Of a DNA stretch of 64,000 nucleotides, positions 38,505 through 51,252 are shown in pieces; positions within the stretch are counted from its first letter, which is position 1, and each line of letters begins with the position of its first letter. Under the pieces are notes generated by a model, which ran no database searches, had not been told where the DNA came from, and saw nothing but the letters and a program-made list of their open reading frames with translations. The position numbers and the translations under genes were made by a program. This stretch comes from Raja brachyura. Lineage: Eukaryota. The stretch spans positions 42,284,001 through 42,348,000 of the forward strand of contig OY740805.1 in NCBI GenBank assembly GCA_963514005.1, given 5' to 3'.

Positions 38505-41233
38505 GTGGTCAGGTGTGATAGAATTGGAGGGGCAAGAGGTGGAGGTGTTGCATTGCTAGTCAGGGAAGATATTACAGCAGTGATAGATTGGAGGGCTCAT
38601 CTAGGCAGGCTATTTGGGTGGAACTGAGAAGTGGGAAAGGTGTAGCAACACTTATAAGGGTATATTATACACCGCCAAATGGGGATCGAGAATTGGAAGA
38701 GCAAATATGTAAAGAGATAGCAGATATTAGTAGTAAGCACAAGGTAGTGATTGTGGGAGATTTCAACTTTCCACACATAGACTGGGAAACACATTCTGTA
38801 AATGGGCTGGATGGTTTGGAGTTTGTAAAATGTGTGCAGGATAGTTTTTTGCAGCAATACATAGAGGTGCCTACTAGAGGAGGGGCAGTGCTGGACCTCC
38901 TGTTCGGAAATGAGACGGGACAGGTGGCGGAGATATGCGTTGGGGAGCACTTCGGGTCCAGTGATCACAATACCATTAGTTTCAATATAATTATGGAGAA
39001 GGACAGAACTGGGCCTAGGGTTGAGATTTTTGATTGGAGAAAGGCTAACTTTAACGAGATGTGAGATGATTTAAAAGGAGTGAACTGGGACATTTTGTTT
39101 TATGGGAAAGATGTAGAAGAGAAATGGAGGACATTTAAAGGGGAAATTTTAAGAGTATAGAATCTTTATGTTCCTGTTCGGTTCAAAGGAACCAGTAAAA
39201 ATTGGAAAGAGCCCCGGTTTTCAAGGGAAATTGGGCATCTTGTTCGGAAAAAGAGGGAGATCTACAATAATTATAGGCAGCATGAAGTAAATGAGGTGCT
39301 TGAGGAGTATAAGGAATGTAAAAAGAATCTTAAGAAAGAAATTAGAAAAGCTAAAAGAAGATATGAGGTTGCTTTGGCAAGTAAGGTGAAAGTAAATCCA
39401 AAGGGTTTCTACAGCTATATTAATAGCAAAAGGATAACAAGGGATAAAATTGGTCCTTTGGAGAGACCGAGTGGACAGCAATCTGCAGAGCCAAAAGAGA
39501 TGGGGGAGATATTGAACAATTTATTTTCTTCGGTATTCACCAAGGAGAAGTATATTGAATTATGTGAGGTAAGGGAAACTAGTAGAGTAGCTATGGATAC
39601 TCTGAGTTTCAAAGTAAAATAAGTAAATGACACTTTTGAAAAATATAAAAGTGGATAAGTCTCCAGGTCCTGACAGGATATTCCCTACGACAGTGAGGGA
39701 AGTTAGTGTAGAAATAGCCGGGGCTATGACAGAAATATTTCAAATGTCATTAGAAACGGGAATAGTGCCCGAGGATTGGCGTACTGCGCATGTTGTTCCA
39801 TTGTTTAAAAAGGGTTCTAAAAGTAAACCTAGCAATTATAGACCGGTTAGTTTGACTTCAGTGGTGGGAAAATTAATGGAAAAGATACTTAGAGATAATA
39901 TATATAAGCATCTGGATAAACAGAGTCTAATTAGGAACAGTCAACATGGATTTATGCCTGGAAGGTCATGTTTGACTAATCTTCTTGAATTTTTTGAAGA
40001 GGTTACTAGGGAAATTGACGAGGGTAAAGCAGTGGATGTTGGCTATATGGAATTTAGTAAGGCCCTTGACAAGGTTCCTCGTGGAAGGTTGGTTAAGAAG
40101 GTTCAACTGTTGGGTATAAATGCAGGAATAGCAAGATGGATTAAACAGTGGCTGAATGGGAGAAGCCAGATGGTAATGGTGGATGGCTGCTTGTCGGGTT
40201 GGAGGCAGGTGACTAGTGGGGTGCCTCAGGGATCTGTGTTGGGTCATTTGTTGTTTGTCATGTACATAAATGATCTCGATGAAGGGATTGTAAATTGGAT
40301 TAGTAAGTATGCAGATGATACCAAAATAGGGGGCGTTGTGGATAATCAAGAGGATTTCCAAAGTCTACAGATTGATTTAGGCCATTTGGAAGAGTGGGCT
40401 GAAAGATGGCAGATGGAGTTTAATGCTGATAAATGTGAGGTGTTGCACCTTGGCAGGACAAATCAAAATAGGACGTACATGGTAAACGGTAGGGATTTGA
40501 AGAATACAGTTGAACAGAGGGATATGGGAATAACCGTGCATAGTTTCTTGAAGGTGGAATCTCATATAGATAGGGTGGTAAAGAAAGCTTTTGGTATGCT
40601 AGCTTTCATAAATCAGAGCATTGAGTATAGAAGCTGGGATGTAATGTTAAAATTGTACAAGGCATTGGTGAGACCAAATCTGGAGTATGGTGTACAATTT
40701 TGGTCGCCCAATTATAGGAAGGATGTCAACAAAATAGAGAGGGTACAGAGGAGATTTACTAGAATGTTGCCTGGGTTTCAACAGCTAAGTTACAGAGATA
40801 GGTTAAATAAGTTAGGTCTTTATTCTCTGGAGCGCAGAAGGTTAAGAAGGGACTTGATAGAGGTCTTTAAAATGATGAGAGGGATAGAAAGAGTTGATGT
40901 GGACAAGCTTTTCCCTTTGAGAATAGGGAAGATTCAAACAAGAGGACATGACTTTAGAATTAATGGACAAACGTTTAGGGGTAACATGAGGGGGAACTTC
41001 TTTACTCAGAGAGTGGTAGCGGTGTGGAATGAGCTTACAGTGGAAGTGGTGGCGGCAGGTTCGTTGGTATCATTTAAAAATAAATTGGATAGGCATATGG
41101 ATGAGACAGGTATGGAGCGTTATGGTATTAGTGCAGGCAGGTGGGACTAAGGGAACAAGTTGTTCGGCACGGACTTGAAGGGCCGAGATGGCCTGTTTCC
41201 GTGCTGTAATTGTTATATGGTTATATGGTTATA
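38505..41233 (+). mobile_element. CR1 (tatggtta-tail family), endonuclease plus RT, inserted in another CR1 (38318-38504 + 41234-41800)
   Basis: ORFs 38588-39064 (VIVGDFN, SDH) and 39627-41150; the host CR1 is split at HLEY|YCVQF. Confidence 0.92.
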
Positions 41234-43365
41234 TGAGTATTGCGTACAGTTTTGGTCTCCAAATCTGAGGAAAGACATTCTTGCCATAGACGGGGTTCAG
41301 AGAAGGTTCACCTGATTGATACCTGGGATGTCGGGACTTTCAAATGAAGAAAGACCGGATAGACTTGGCTTGTACTCACTGGAATTTAGAAGATTGAGGC
41401 GGGATCTTATAGAAACTTACAAAATTCTTAAGTGGTTGGACAAGCTAGATGCAGGAAGATTGTTCCCGATGTTGGGGGGGGGGGGTCCAGAACAAGGGGT
41501 CACAGTCTAAGGTTAAGGGGAATTCCTTTAGGACCGAGATGAGGAAAACATTCTTTACACAGAGAGTGGTGAGTCTCTGGAATACTCTGCCACAGAAGGT
41601 CGTTGAGGCCAGTTCATTGGCTATATTCAAGAGGGAATTGGATGTGGCTCTTGTGGCTAAAGGGATCACGGGGTATGGAGAGAAGGCAGGTACGGGATAC
41701 TGAGTTGAATGATCAGCCATGATAATATTGAATGGCGGTGCAGGCTCGAAGGGCCGAATGGCCTATTCCTGCACCTATTTTTCTATGTTCTAAGTTTCTA
41801 AATAGTAGTAAGCGGCAATGTAATTACAGATTTCTTACATAGCTTCACTTTTTAATTTGTTTTAAGTATAATGATAAAGAAGGAAAAATAAAAGATAAAC
41901 TATAAATTAATGGAGAGAAAAAGAAGACGAAAATATAAGTTACAAATAACAAGATTGTGGAGATAGATCCAGGAGATGTTGAGTATAACTATTCATCCAA
42001 TCCCATACTCAGGTTCCACACTGATTTTTTGTTAAACCAATACAGTTTTTTAAAATTCAATAAATGGAGACCATATTCTAACAAATAATTCTGGTTCGTC
42101 AATGGAGTAAATGAGGTGCTCGAGGAGAATAAAGAATGTAAAATTAATCTTAAGAAAGAAATTAGAAAAGCTAAAAGAAGATATGAGGTTGCTTTGGCAA
42201 GTAAGGTGAAAGTAAATCTAAAGGGTTTCTGCAGCTATATTAATAGCAAAATGGATAGAATTGGTTCATTAGATTGTCAGAGTGGACAGCTATCTGCAGA
42301 GCCAAAATAGATGAGTGAGATATTGAACTACTTATTTTCTTCGGTATTCACCAAGAAGAAGGATAATGAATAATGTGCGGTAAGGGGAACAAGTAGAGAA
42401 GCTGTGGAAACTGTGAGGATCAAAGAAGACGAAGTACTGACACTTTTGAAAAATATAAAAGTGGATAAGTCTCCAGGTCCTGACAGGATATTCCCTAGGA
42501 CATTGAGGGAAGTTAGCGTAGAAATAGCAGGGGCTATGACAGAAGTATTTCAAATGTCATTAGAAACGGGAATGGTGCTGGAGGATTGGCATCCTGCGCA
42601 TGTTGTTCCATTGGTTAAAAAGGGTTCTAAGAGTAATCATAGCAATTATAGACCTGTTAGTTTGACGTCAGTGGTGGGCAAATTAATGGAAAGGAAACTT
42701 AGAAATAATATATATAATCATCTGGATAAACAGGGTCTGATTAGGAACAGTCAACATGGATGTTTTGCCTGGAAGATCATGTTTGACTAATCTTCTTGAA
42801 TTTTCTGAAGAGGTTACTAGGGAAATTGATCAGGGTAACGCGATGGATATTGTCTATGTGGACTTCAGTAAGGCATTTGACAAGGTTCCACATGGAAGGT
42901 TGGTTAAGAAGGTTCAATTGTTGGGTATTTATAGTGGAGTAGCAAGATGGATTCAACATGGGAAATACCAGAGTGTAATGGTGGATAACTGTTTGTCAGG
43001 TTCGAGGCCGGTGATTAGGGGGGTGCCTCGGGGATCTGTGTTGGACCCACTGTTGTTTTTATTATACATCAATGATCTGGATGATGGTGTGGTAAATTGC
43101 ATTAGTAAGTATGCAGATGATACTAAAATAGGTGGTGTTGTGGATAATTAAGTAGATTTTCAAAGTCTACAGCGAGATTTGGGCCATTTCGAAGAATGGG
43201 CTGAAAGATGGCAGATGGAGTTTAATGCTGATAAGTGTAAGGTGCTACATCTTGGCAGGACAAATCAAGCTAGAACGTACATCCTAAATGGTAGCGAATT
43301 GAGGAATGCAGTTGAACAGAGGGATCTAGGAATAACTGCGCATAGTTCCCTGAAGGTGGAATCTA

Positions 43366-45620
43366 ATTATCCATAATTATGGAGAAGGACAGAACTGGGC
43401 CTAGGGTTGAGATTTTTGATTGGAGAAAGGCTAACTTTAACGAGATGCGAGATGATTTAAAAGGAGTGAACTGGGACATTTTGTTTTATGGGAAAGATGT
43501 AGAGGAGAAATGGAGGACATTTAAAGGGGAAATTTTAAGAGTACAAAATCTTTATGTTCCTGTTCGGTTGAAAGGAACCAGTAAAAATTGGAAAGAGCCC
43601 TGGTTTTCAAGGGAAATTGGACATCTTGTTCGGAAAAAGAGGGAGATCTGCAATAATTATAAGCAGCATGAAGCAAATGAGGTGCTTGAGGAGTATAAGG
43701 AATGTAAAAAGAATCTTAAGAAAGAAATTAGAAAAGCTAAAAGAAGATATGAGGTTGCTTTGGCAAGTAAGGTGAAAGTAAATCCAAAGGGTTTCTACAG
43801 CTATATTAATAGCAAAAGGATAACAAGGGATAAAATTGGTCCATTGGAGAGACCGAGTGGACAGCTATCTGCAGAGCCAAAAGAGATGGGGGAGATATTG
43901 AACAATTTCTTTTCTTCGGTATTCACCAAGGAGAAGGATATTGAATTATGTGAGGTAAGGTAAACTAGTAGAGTAGCTATGGATACTATGAGTTTCAAAG
44001 TAAAAGAAGTACTGGCACTTTTGAAAAATATAAAAGTGGATAAGTCTCCAGGTCCTGACAGGATATTCCCTAGGACATTGAGGGAAGTTAGTGTAGAAAT
44101 AGCCGGGGCTATGACAGAAATATTTCAAATGTCATTAGAAACGGGAATAGTCCCCGAGGATTGGCGTACTGCGCATGTTGTTCCATTGTTTAAAAAGGGC
44201 TCTAAAAGTAAACCTAGCAATTATAGACCGGTTAGTTTGACTTCAGTGGTGGGCAAATTAATGGAAAAGATACTTAGAGATAATATATATAAGTATCTGG
44301 ATAAAGAGGGTCTAATTAGGAACAGTCAACATGGATTTATGCCTGGAAGGTCATGTTTGACTAATCTTCTTGAATTTTTTGAAGAGGTTACTAGGGAAAT
44401 TGACGAGGGTAAAGCAGTGGATGTTGTCTATATGGACTTCAGTAAGGCCTTTGACAAGGTTCCTCATGGAAGGTTGGTTAAGAAGGTTCAACTGTTGGGT
44501 ATAAATGCAGGAATAGCAAGATGGATTCAACAGTGGCTGAATGGGAGAAGCCAGAGAGTAATGGTGGATGGCTGTTTGTCGGGTTGGAGGCAGGTGACTA
44601 GTGGGGTGCCTCAGGGATCTGTGTTGGGTCCTTTGTTGTTTGTCATGTACATCAATGATCTGGATGAAGGGGTGGTAAATTGGATTAGTAAGTATGCAGA
44701 TGATACCAAGATAGGGGGTGTTGTGGATAATGAAGAGGATTTCCAAAGTCTACAGAGTGATTTAGGCCAGTTGGAAAAATGGGCTGAATGATGGCAGATG
44801 GAGTTTAATGCTGATAAATGTGAGGTGCTACACCTTGGCAGGACAAATCAAAATAGGACGTACATGGTAAACGGTAGGGAATTGAAGAATACAGTTGAAC
44901 AGAGGGATCTGGGAATAACCGTGCATAGTTCCTTGAAGGTGGAATCTCATATAGATAGGGTGGTAAAGAAAGCTTTTGGTATGCTAGCTTTTATAAATCA
45001 GAGCATTGAGTATAGAAGCTGGGATGTAATGTTAAAATTGTACAAGGCGTTGGTGAGACCAAATCTGGAGTATGGTGTGCAGTTTTGGTCACCCAATTAT
45101 AGGAAGGATGTCAACAAAATAGAGAGGGTACAGAGGAGATTTACTAGAATGTTGCCTGGGTTTCAACAGCTAAGTTACAGAGATAGGTTAAATAAGTTAG
45201 GTCTTTATTCTCTGGAGCGCAGAAGGTTAAGAAGGGACTTGATAGAGGTCTTTAAAATGATGAGAGGGATAGACAGAGTTAATGTGGACAAGCTTTTCCC
45301 TTTGAGAATAGGGAAGATTCAAACACGAGGACATGACTTTAGAATTAAGGGACAGAGGTTTAGGGGTAACATGAGGGGGAACTTCTTTACTCAGAGAGTG
45401 GTAGCGGTGTGGAATGAGCTTCCAGTGGAAGTGGTGGCGGCAGGTTCGTTGGTATCATTTAAAAATAAATTGGATAGGCATATGGATGAGAAGGGTATGG
45501 AGGGTTATGGTATGAGTGCAGGCAGGTGGGACTAAGAGAAAAAAGTTGTTCGGCACGGACTTGAAGGGCCGAGATGGCCTGTTTCCGTGCTGTAATTGTT
45601 ATATGTTATATGGTTATATG
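43366..45620 (+). mobile_element. Young CR1 (tatggtta-tail family); ORF2 broken only by two in-frame stops
   Basis: Co-linear ORFs 43379-43963, 43979-44791, 44798-45535; nested in an older CR1 (42101-43365, resuming at ~45625). Confidence 0.93.
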
Positions 45621-45961
45621 GTAATGTAGGATGGTAAATCAATCTTTTGGTATTCTGGCCTTTATACATCAGAGCATTAAGTATAGAAGTTGGGATGTAA
45701 TGTTAAAATTGTACAAGGCATTGGTGAGGCCAATTCTGGAGTATGGTGTACAAATTTGGTCACCAAATTATAGGAAAGATGTCAACAAAATAGAGATAGT
45801 ACAGAGGAGATTCACTAGAATGTTGACTGGGTTTCAGCACCTAAGTTAGAGATAACGGTTGAACAAGTTAGGTCTTTATTCTTTGGAGCGCAGAAGGTTA
45901 AGGGGGCACTTGATAGAGGTCTTTAAAAATATGAGAGGGATAGACAGATTTTACATTTGAC

Positions 45962-47068
45962 ATTTGTGGATAGAGAACTGGCTAGCAGACAGGAGGCAAA
46001 GGGTAGGAGTAAACGGGTCCTTTTCAGAATGGCAGGCAGTGACTAGTGGGGTGCCGCAAGGCGCAGTGCTGGGACCCCAGCTATTTACAATATATATTAA
46101 TGATTTGGACGAGGGAATTCAATGCAACATCTCCAAATTTGCAGATGATACCAAGCTGGGGGGTATAGTTAGGTGTGAGGAGGATGCTTGGAGGCTGCAG
46201 GGTGATTTGGATAGGCTGAGTGAATGGGCGGATGCATGGCAGATGCAGTATAATGTGGATAAATGTGAGGTTATCCACTTTGGTGGCAAAAACATGAGGG
46301 TAGACTATTATCTGAATGGTGGCAGATTAGGAAAGGGAGAGATGCAACGAGACCTGGGTGTCATGGTACACCAGTCATTGAAAGTAGGCATGCAGGTGCA
46401 GCAGGCAGTGAAGAAAGCAAATGGTATGTTAGCATTCAAAGCAAAAGGATTTGAGTATAGGAGCAGGGAGGTTCTACTGCAGTTGTACAGGGTTTTGGTG
46501 AGGCCACACCTGGAGTATTGCGTACAGTTTTGGTCTCCAAATCTGAGGAAAGACATCCTTGCCATAGAGGGGGTACAGAGAAGATTCACCAGACTGATTC
46601 CTGGGATGTCAGGACTTTCATATGAGGAAAGATTGGATAGACTCGGCTTGTACTCGCTGGAATTTAGAAGATTGAGGGGGGATCTTATAGAAACTTACAA
46701 AATTCTTAAGGGGTTGGACAAGCTAGATGCTGGAAGATTGTTCCCGATGTTGGGGGAGTCCAGAACAAGGGGTCACAGTCTAAGGATAAGGGGGAATTCC
46801 TTTAGGACCGAAATGAGGAAAACATTCTTTACACAGAGAGTGGTGAGTCTCTGGAATTCTCTGCCACAGAAGGTAGTTGAGGCCAGTTCATTAGCTATAT
46901 TTAAGAGGGCGTTAGATGTGGCACTTGTGGCTAAAGGGATCAGGGGGTATGGAGAGAAGGCAGGTACGGGATACTGAGTTGGATGATCAGCCATGATCAC
47001 ATTGAATGGCGGTGCAGGCTCGAAGGGCCGAATGGCCTACTCCTGCACCTATTTTCTATGTTTCTATG
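45962..47068 (+). mobile_element. Young 5'-truncated CR1 (ctatgttt-tail family)
   Basis: Uninterrupted 337-aa ORF 45964-46977. Confidence 0.93.
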
Positions 47069-47261
47069 TGAGCTTTTTCCATTGAGCGTCGGGAAGATTC
47101 AAACAAGAGGACATGATTTGAGAATTAAAGGAAAATATGTTTAGGGGTAACGTGAGGGTAACTTCTTTACTCAGAGAGTGGTAGCTGTGTGTAATGAATT
47201 TCTAGTGGAAGTGATAGAGGCAGATTCGATTTTATCATTTAAAAATGAATTGGACATGGAT

Positions 47262-50200
47262 ATAGGGGAGGGACTCAAATAGAGAAAGCTAGCCCAGTGT
47301 GTGAGGCAGGATGCAGAGAAGGGAAGCACTCAGACCCAACATGTAGGGGAGAAAGAAGAAAAATATAATAAACAGAGAATAAGAGGTGGTGGGTTTCTTA
47401 AATATATAAGCAGAGGGAGAGGAGTGCAAAATGAGGGTAGAAGCAATATTTCGCAAAGTGAAAAGTAAAAGTGGCAGGCATAAAAATCCAAGGCAAAAAT
47501 CAAAAAGGGCCACTTTTCAACATAATTGTATAAGGGGTAAGAGTGTGGTAAAAACAAGCCTGAAGGCTTTGTGTCTCAATGCAAGGAGCATTCGTAATAA
47601 GGTGGATGAGTAGAATATGCAGATAGTTATTTATGAATATGATATAGTTGGGAACACGGAGGCATGGCTCCTGGGTGACCAATGCTGGGAGCTGAACATC
47701 CAGGGATATTCAATATTCAGGAGGGATAGACAGAAAGGAAAAGAAGGTGGGGTAAAGTTGCTGGTTAGAGAGGAGATGAACGAAATAGAAAGGAAGGACT
47801 AGCTTGGAGGATGTGGATTCGATAGGGTAGAGTTGCGAAAGACTAAGGGGCAGAAAACGCTAGTGGGAGTTGTGTACAGGCCACCCAGCAGTAGTAGTGG
47901 AGTTGGGGATGGCAGCAAACAGGAAATTAGAAATGCGTGCAAAGGTAAAACAGTAATAAATGATTTGAGTATAGGAGCAGGGAGGTTCTACTTCAGTTGT
48001 ATAGGGTCTTGGTGAGGCCACACCTGGAGTATTGCGTACAGTTCTGGTCTCCAAATCTGAGGAAGGACATTATTGCCATAGAGGGAGTGCAGCGAAGGTT
48101 CACCAGACTGATTCCTGGGATGTCAGGACTGTCTTATGAACAAAGACTGCATAGACTCGGTTTATACTCTCTAGAATTTAGGAGATTGAGAGGGGACCTT
48201 ATAGAAACTTACAAGATTCTTAAGGGGTTGGACAGGCTAGATGCAGGAAGATTGTTCCCGATGTTGGGGAGGTCCAGGACAAGGGGTCACAGCTTAAGGA
48301 TAAGGGGGAAATCCTTTAGGACCGAGATGAGAAGGAATTTTTTCACACAGAGAGTGGTGGGTCTCTGGAACTCTCTGCCACAGAGGGTAGTTGAGGCCAG
48401 TTCATTGGATATATTTAAGAGGGAGTTAGATGTGGCCCTTGTGGCTAAGGGGATCAGAGGGTATGGAGAAAAGGCAGGTACGGGATACTGAGTTGGATGA
48501 TCAGCCATGATCATATTGAATGGCGGTGCAGGCTCGAAGGGCCGAATGGCCTATTCCTGCACCTAATTTCTATGTTTCTATAATAATTGGTCACTTCAAT
48601 CTACACATAGATTGGGTGAATCAAATTGGCAGGGGTGCTGAGGAAGAGGAAGGGGATTTATTGGAATGTATGCGGGATAGTTTTACAAACCAACACGTAG
48701 AGGAACCAACGAGAGAACAGGCTATTCTAGACTGGGTATTGACTAATGAGGAAGGGTTAGTTAGTAGTCTTGTTGTGCGTGGCCCCTTGGGCAAGAGTGA
48801 CCGAAATATGGTTGAGTTCTTTATTGGGATGGAGAGTGACATTGTTAATTCAGAAACAAGGGTTCTGAACGTAAAGAAATGTAACTTTGAGGGTATGAGA
48901 CGTGAATTGTCCAAGACAGACTGGCAATTGATTCTTAAAGCGTTGACGGTGGAAATGCGATGGAAGGCATTTAAAGACTGCTTGGATGAACTACAACAAT
49001 TGTTCATCGCAGTTTGTCAAAATAATAAATCAGGGAAGGTAGTGCATCCGTGGATAACAAGGCAAATCAGGGATAGTATCAAAACAAAAGATGAAGAAGA
49101 CAAATTAGCCAGAAAAAGCAGCCTGCCAGAGGACTGGGAGAAATTCAGTCGAACGGAGGAGGGCAAAGGGCTTAATTAGGAAAGGGAACATAGATTATGA
49201 AAGGAAATTGGCAGGAAACATAAACACTGACTGCAAACGTTTTTATAGATCTGTGAAGAGAAAAAGATTAGTGAAAACAAATGTAGGTCCCTTGCAGTCA
49301 GAAACGGGTGATTTGATCATGGAGAACAAGGACATGGCAGACCAATTGAATAACTAATTTGGTTCCGTCTTCACTAAGGAAGACATAAATATCTGCCGGA
49401 AAGAAGGGGACCCGGGGTCAAATTAGATGAGGGAACGGAGTTAACTCCAGGTTAGCCGGACAGTGGTGTTAGGTAAATGGAATGGATTAAAGGCCTATAA
49501 ATCCCCAGGGCCACATAGGCTGCGTCCCACATTACTTAACGAAGTAGCCCCAGGAATAGTGGATGTATTAATGATAATTGTTCAAAACTCTTTAGATTCT
49601 GGAGTAGTACCTGAGGATTGGAGGGTAGCTAATGTAACCCCACTGTTTAAAAAATGAAGGGAGAGTTAAAACGGGGAATTACAGACCAGTTAGTCTAATT
49701 CGGTAGTGGGGAAAATGCTAGAGTCGGTTATTAAAGATGGGATAGCAGCACATTTGGAAAGTGGTGAAATCATTGGACAAAGTCAGCATGGATTTACGAA
49801 TGGTAAATCATGTCTGACGAATCTTATATAATTTTTCGAGGAATGTAACTAGTTGACTGGATAAGGGAGAACCAGTGGATGTGTTATATCTGGACCTTCA
49901 GAAGGCTTTCGACAAGGTCCCACATAACAGATTAGTACGCAAACTTAAAGCACACGGTATTGGGGGTTCAGTATTGATGTGCACAAAGAACTGGCTGGCA
50001 GACAGGAAGCAAAGAGTAGGAGTAAACGAGTCATTTTCGGAATGGCAGGCAGTGACTAGTGGGGTACCGCAAGGCTCAGTGCTGGGACCCTGTTTGCAAT
50101 ATATATTACTGATCTGGACGAGGGAATTGAATGCAACATCAAGTTTGCGGATGACACGAAGCTGGGGGCAATGTTAGCTGTTAGGAGGATGCTAGGAGGC

Positions 50201-51252
50201 TGCAAGGTGACTTGGATAGGTTGGGTGAGTGGGCAAATTTATGGCAGATGCAGTATAATGTGGATAAATGTGCGGTTATCCACTTTGGTGGCAAAAACAG
50301 GAAAGAAGACTATTATCTGAATGGTGGCCGATTAGGAAAAGGGGAGATGCTACGAGACCTGGGTGTCATGGTACACCAGTCACTGAAATTAGGCATGCAG
50401 GTGCAGCAGGCAGTGAAGAAAGCGAATGGTACGTTAGCATTCATAGCAAAATGATTTGAGTATAGGAGGAAGAAGGTTCTACTGCAGGTTACACAAAAAG
50501 CTGGAGAAACTCAGCGGGTGCAGCAGCATCTAAGGAACTTTTGTGTCCTTCGCTCCTTAGATGCTGCTGCACCCGCTGAGTTTCTACAGCTTTTTGTGTA
50601 ACCTTCGATTCTCCAGCATCTGCAGTTCCTTCTTTAACACAAGGTTCTACTGCAGTTGTACAGGGTCTTGGTGAGACCACACCTGGAGTTTTGAGTACAG
50701 TTTTGGTCTCCTAATCTGAAGAAAGACATTCTTGCCATAGAGGCGGTACAGAGAAGGTCCACCAGACTAATTCCTGGGATGTCAGGACTTTCATATGAAG
50801 AAAGACGGAATAGACTCGGCTTGTACTCGTTAGAATTTAGAAGATTGAGGGGGGATCTTAGAGAAACTTATAACATTCTTAAGGGGTTTGACAGGCTAGA
50901 TGCAGGAAGATAGTTCCCGATGTTGGAGAAGTCCAGAACAAGGGGTCACAGTTTAAGGATAAGGGGGAAGTCTTTTAGGACCGAGATGATCAAAACATTA
51001 TTTCAGAGAGTGGTGAATCTGTGGAATTCTCTGCCACAGAAGGTAGTTGAGGCCAGTTCATTGGCTATATTTAAGAGGGAGTTGGATGTGGCGCTCGTGG
51101 CTAATGGGATCAGGAGGCATGGAGAGAAGGCAGGTACAGGATACTGAGTTGGATGTTCAGCTATGATCATATTGAATGGCAGTGCAGGCTCGAAGGGCCG
51201 AATGGCCTACTCCTGCACCTATTTTGTATGTTTCTATATGTCTATGTTTCTA
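47262..51252 (+). mobile_element. Long degenerate CR1 (ORF2 start LCLNARSIRNK) with a nested CR1 (~47962-48580) and a Penelope-type hairpin (50488-50640)
   Basis: Endonuclease and RT motifs across ORFs 47431-51147; the endonuclease VII..FN motif is split by the inner CR1. Confidence 0.9.

Noticed and set aside
39627-46977. Long RT ORFs as host genes or active LINEs
   Set aside because: All are 5'-truncated or stop-interrupted CR1 ORF2 pieces; none has a complete ORF1 plus ORF2.
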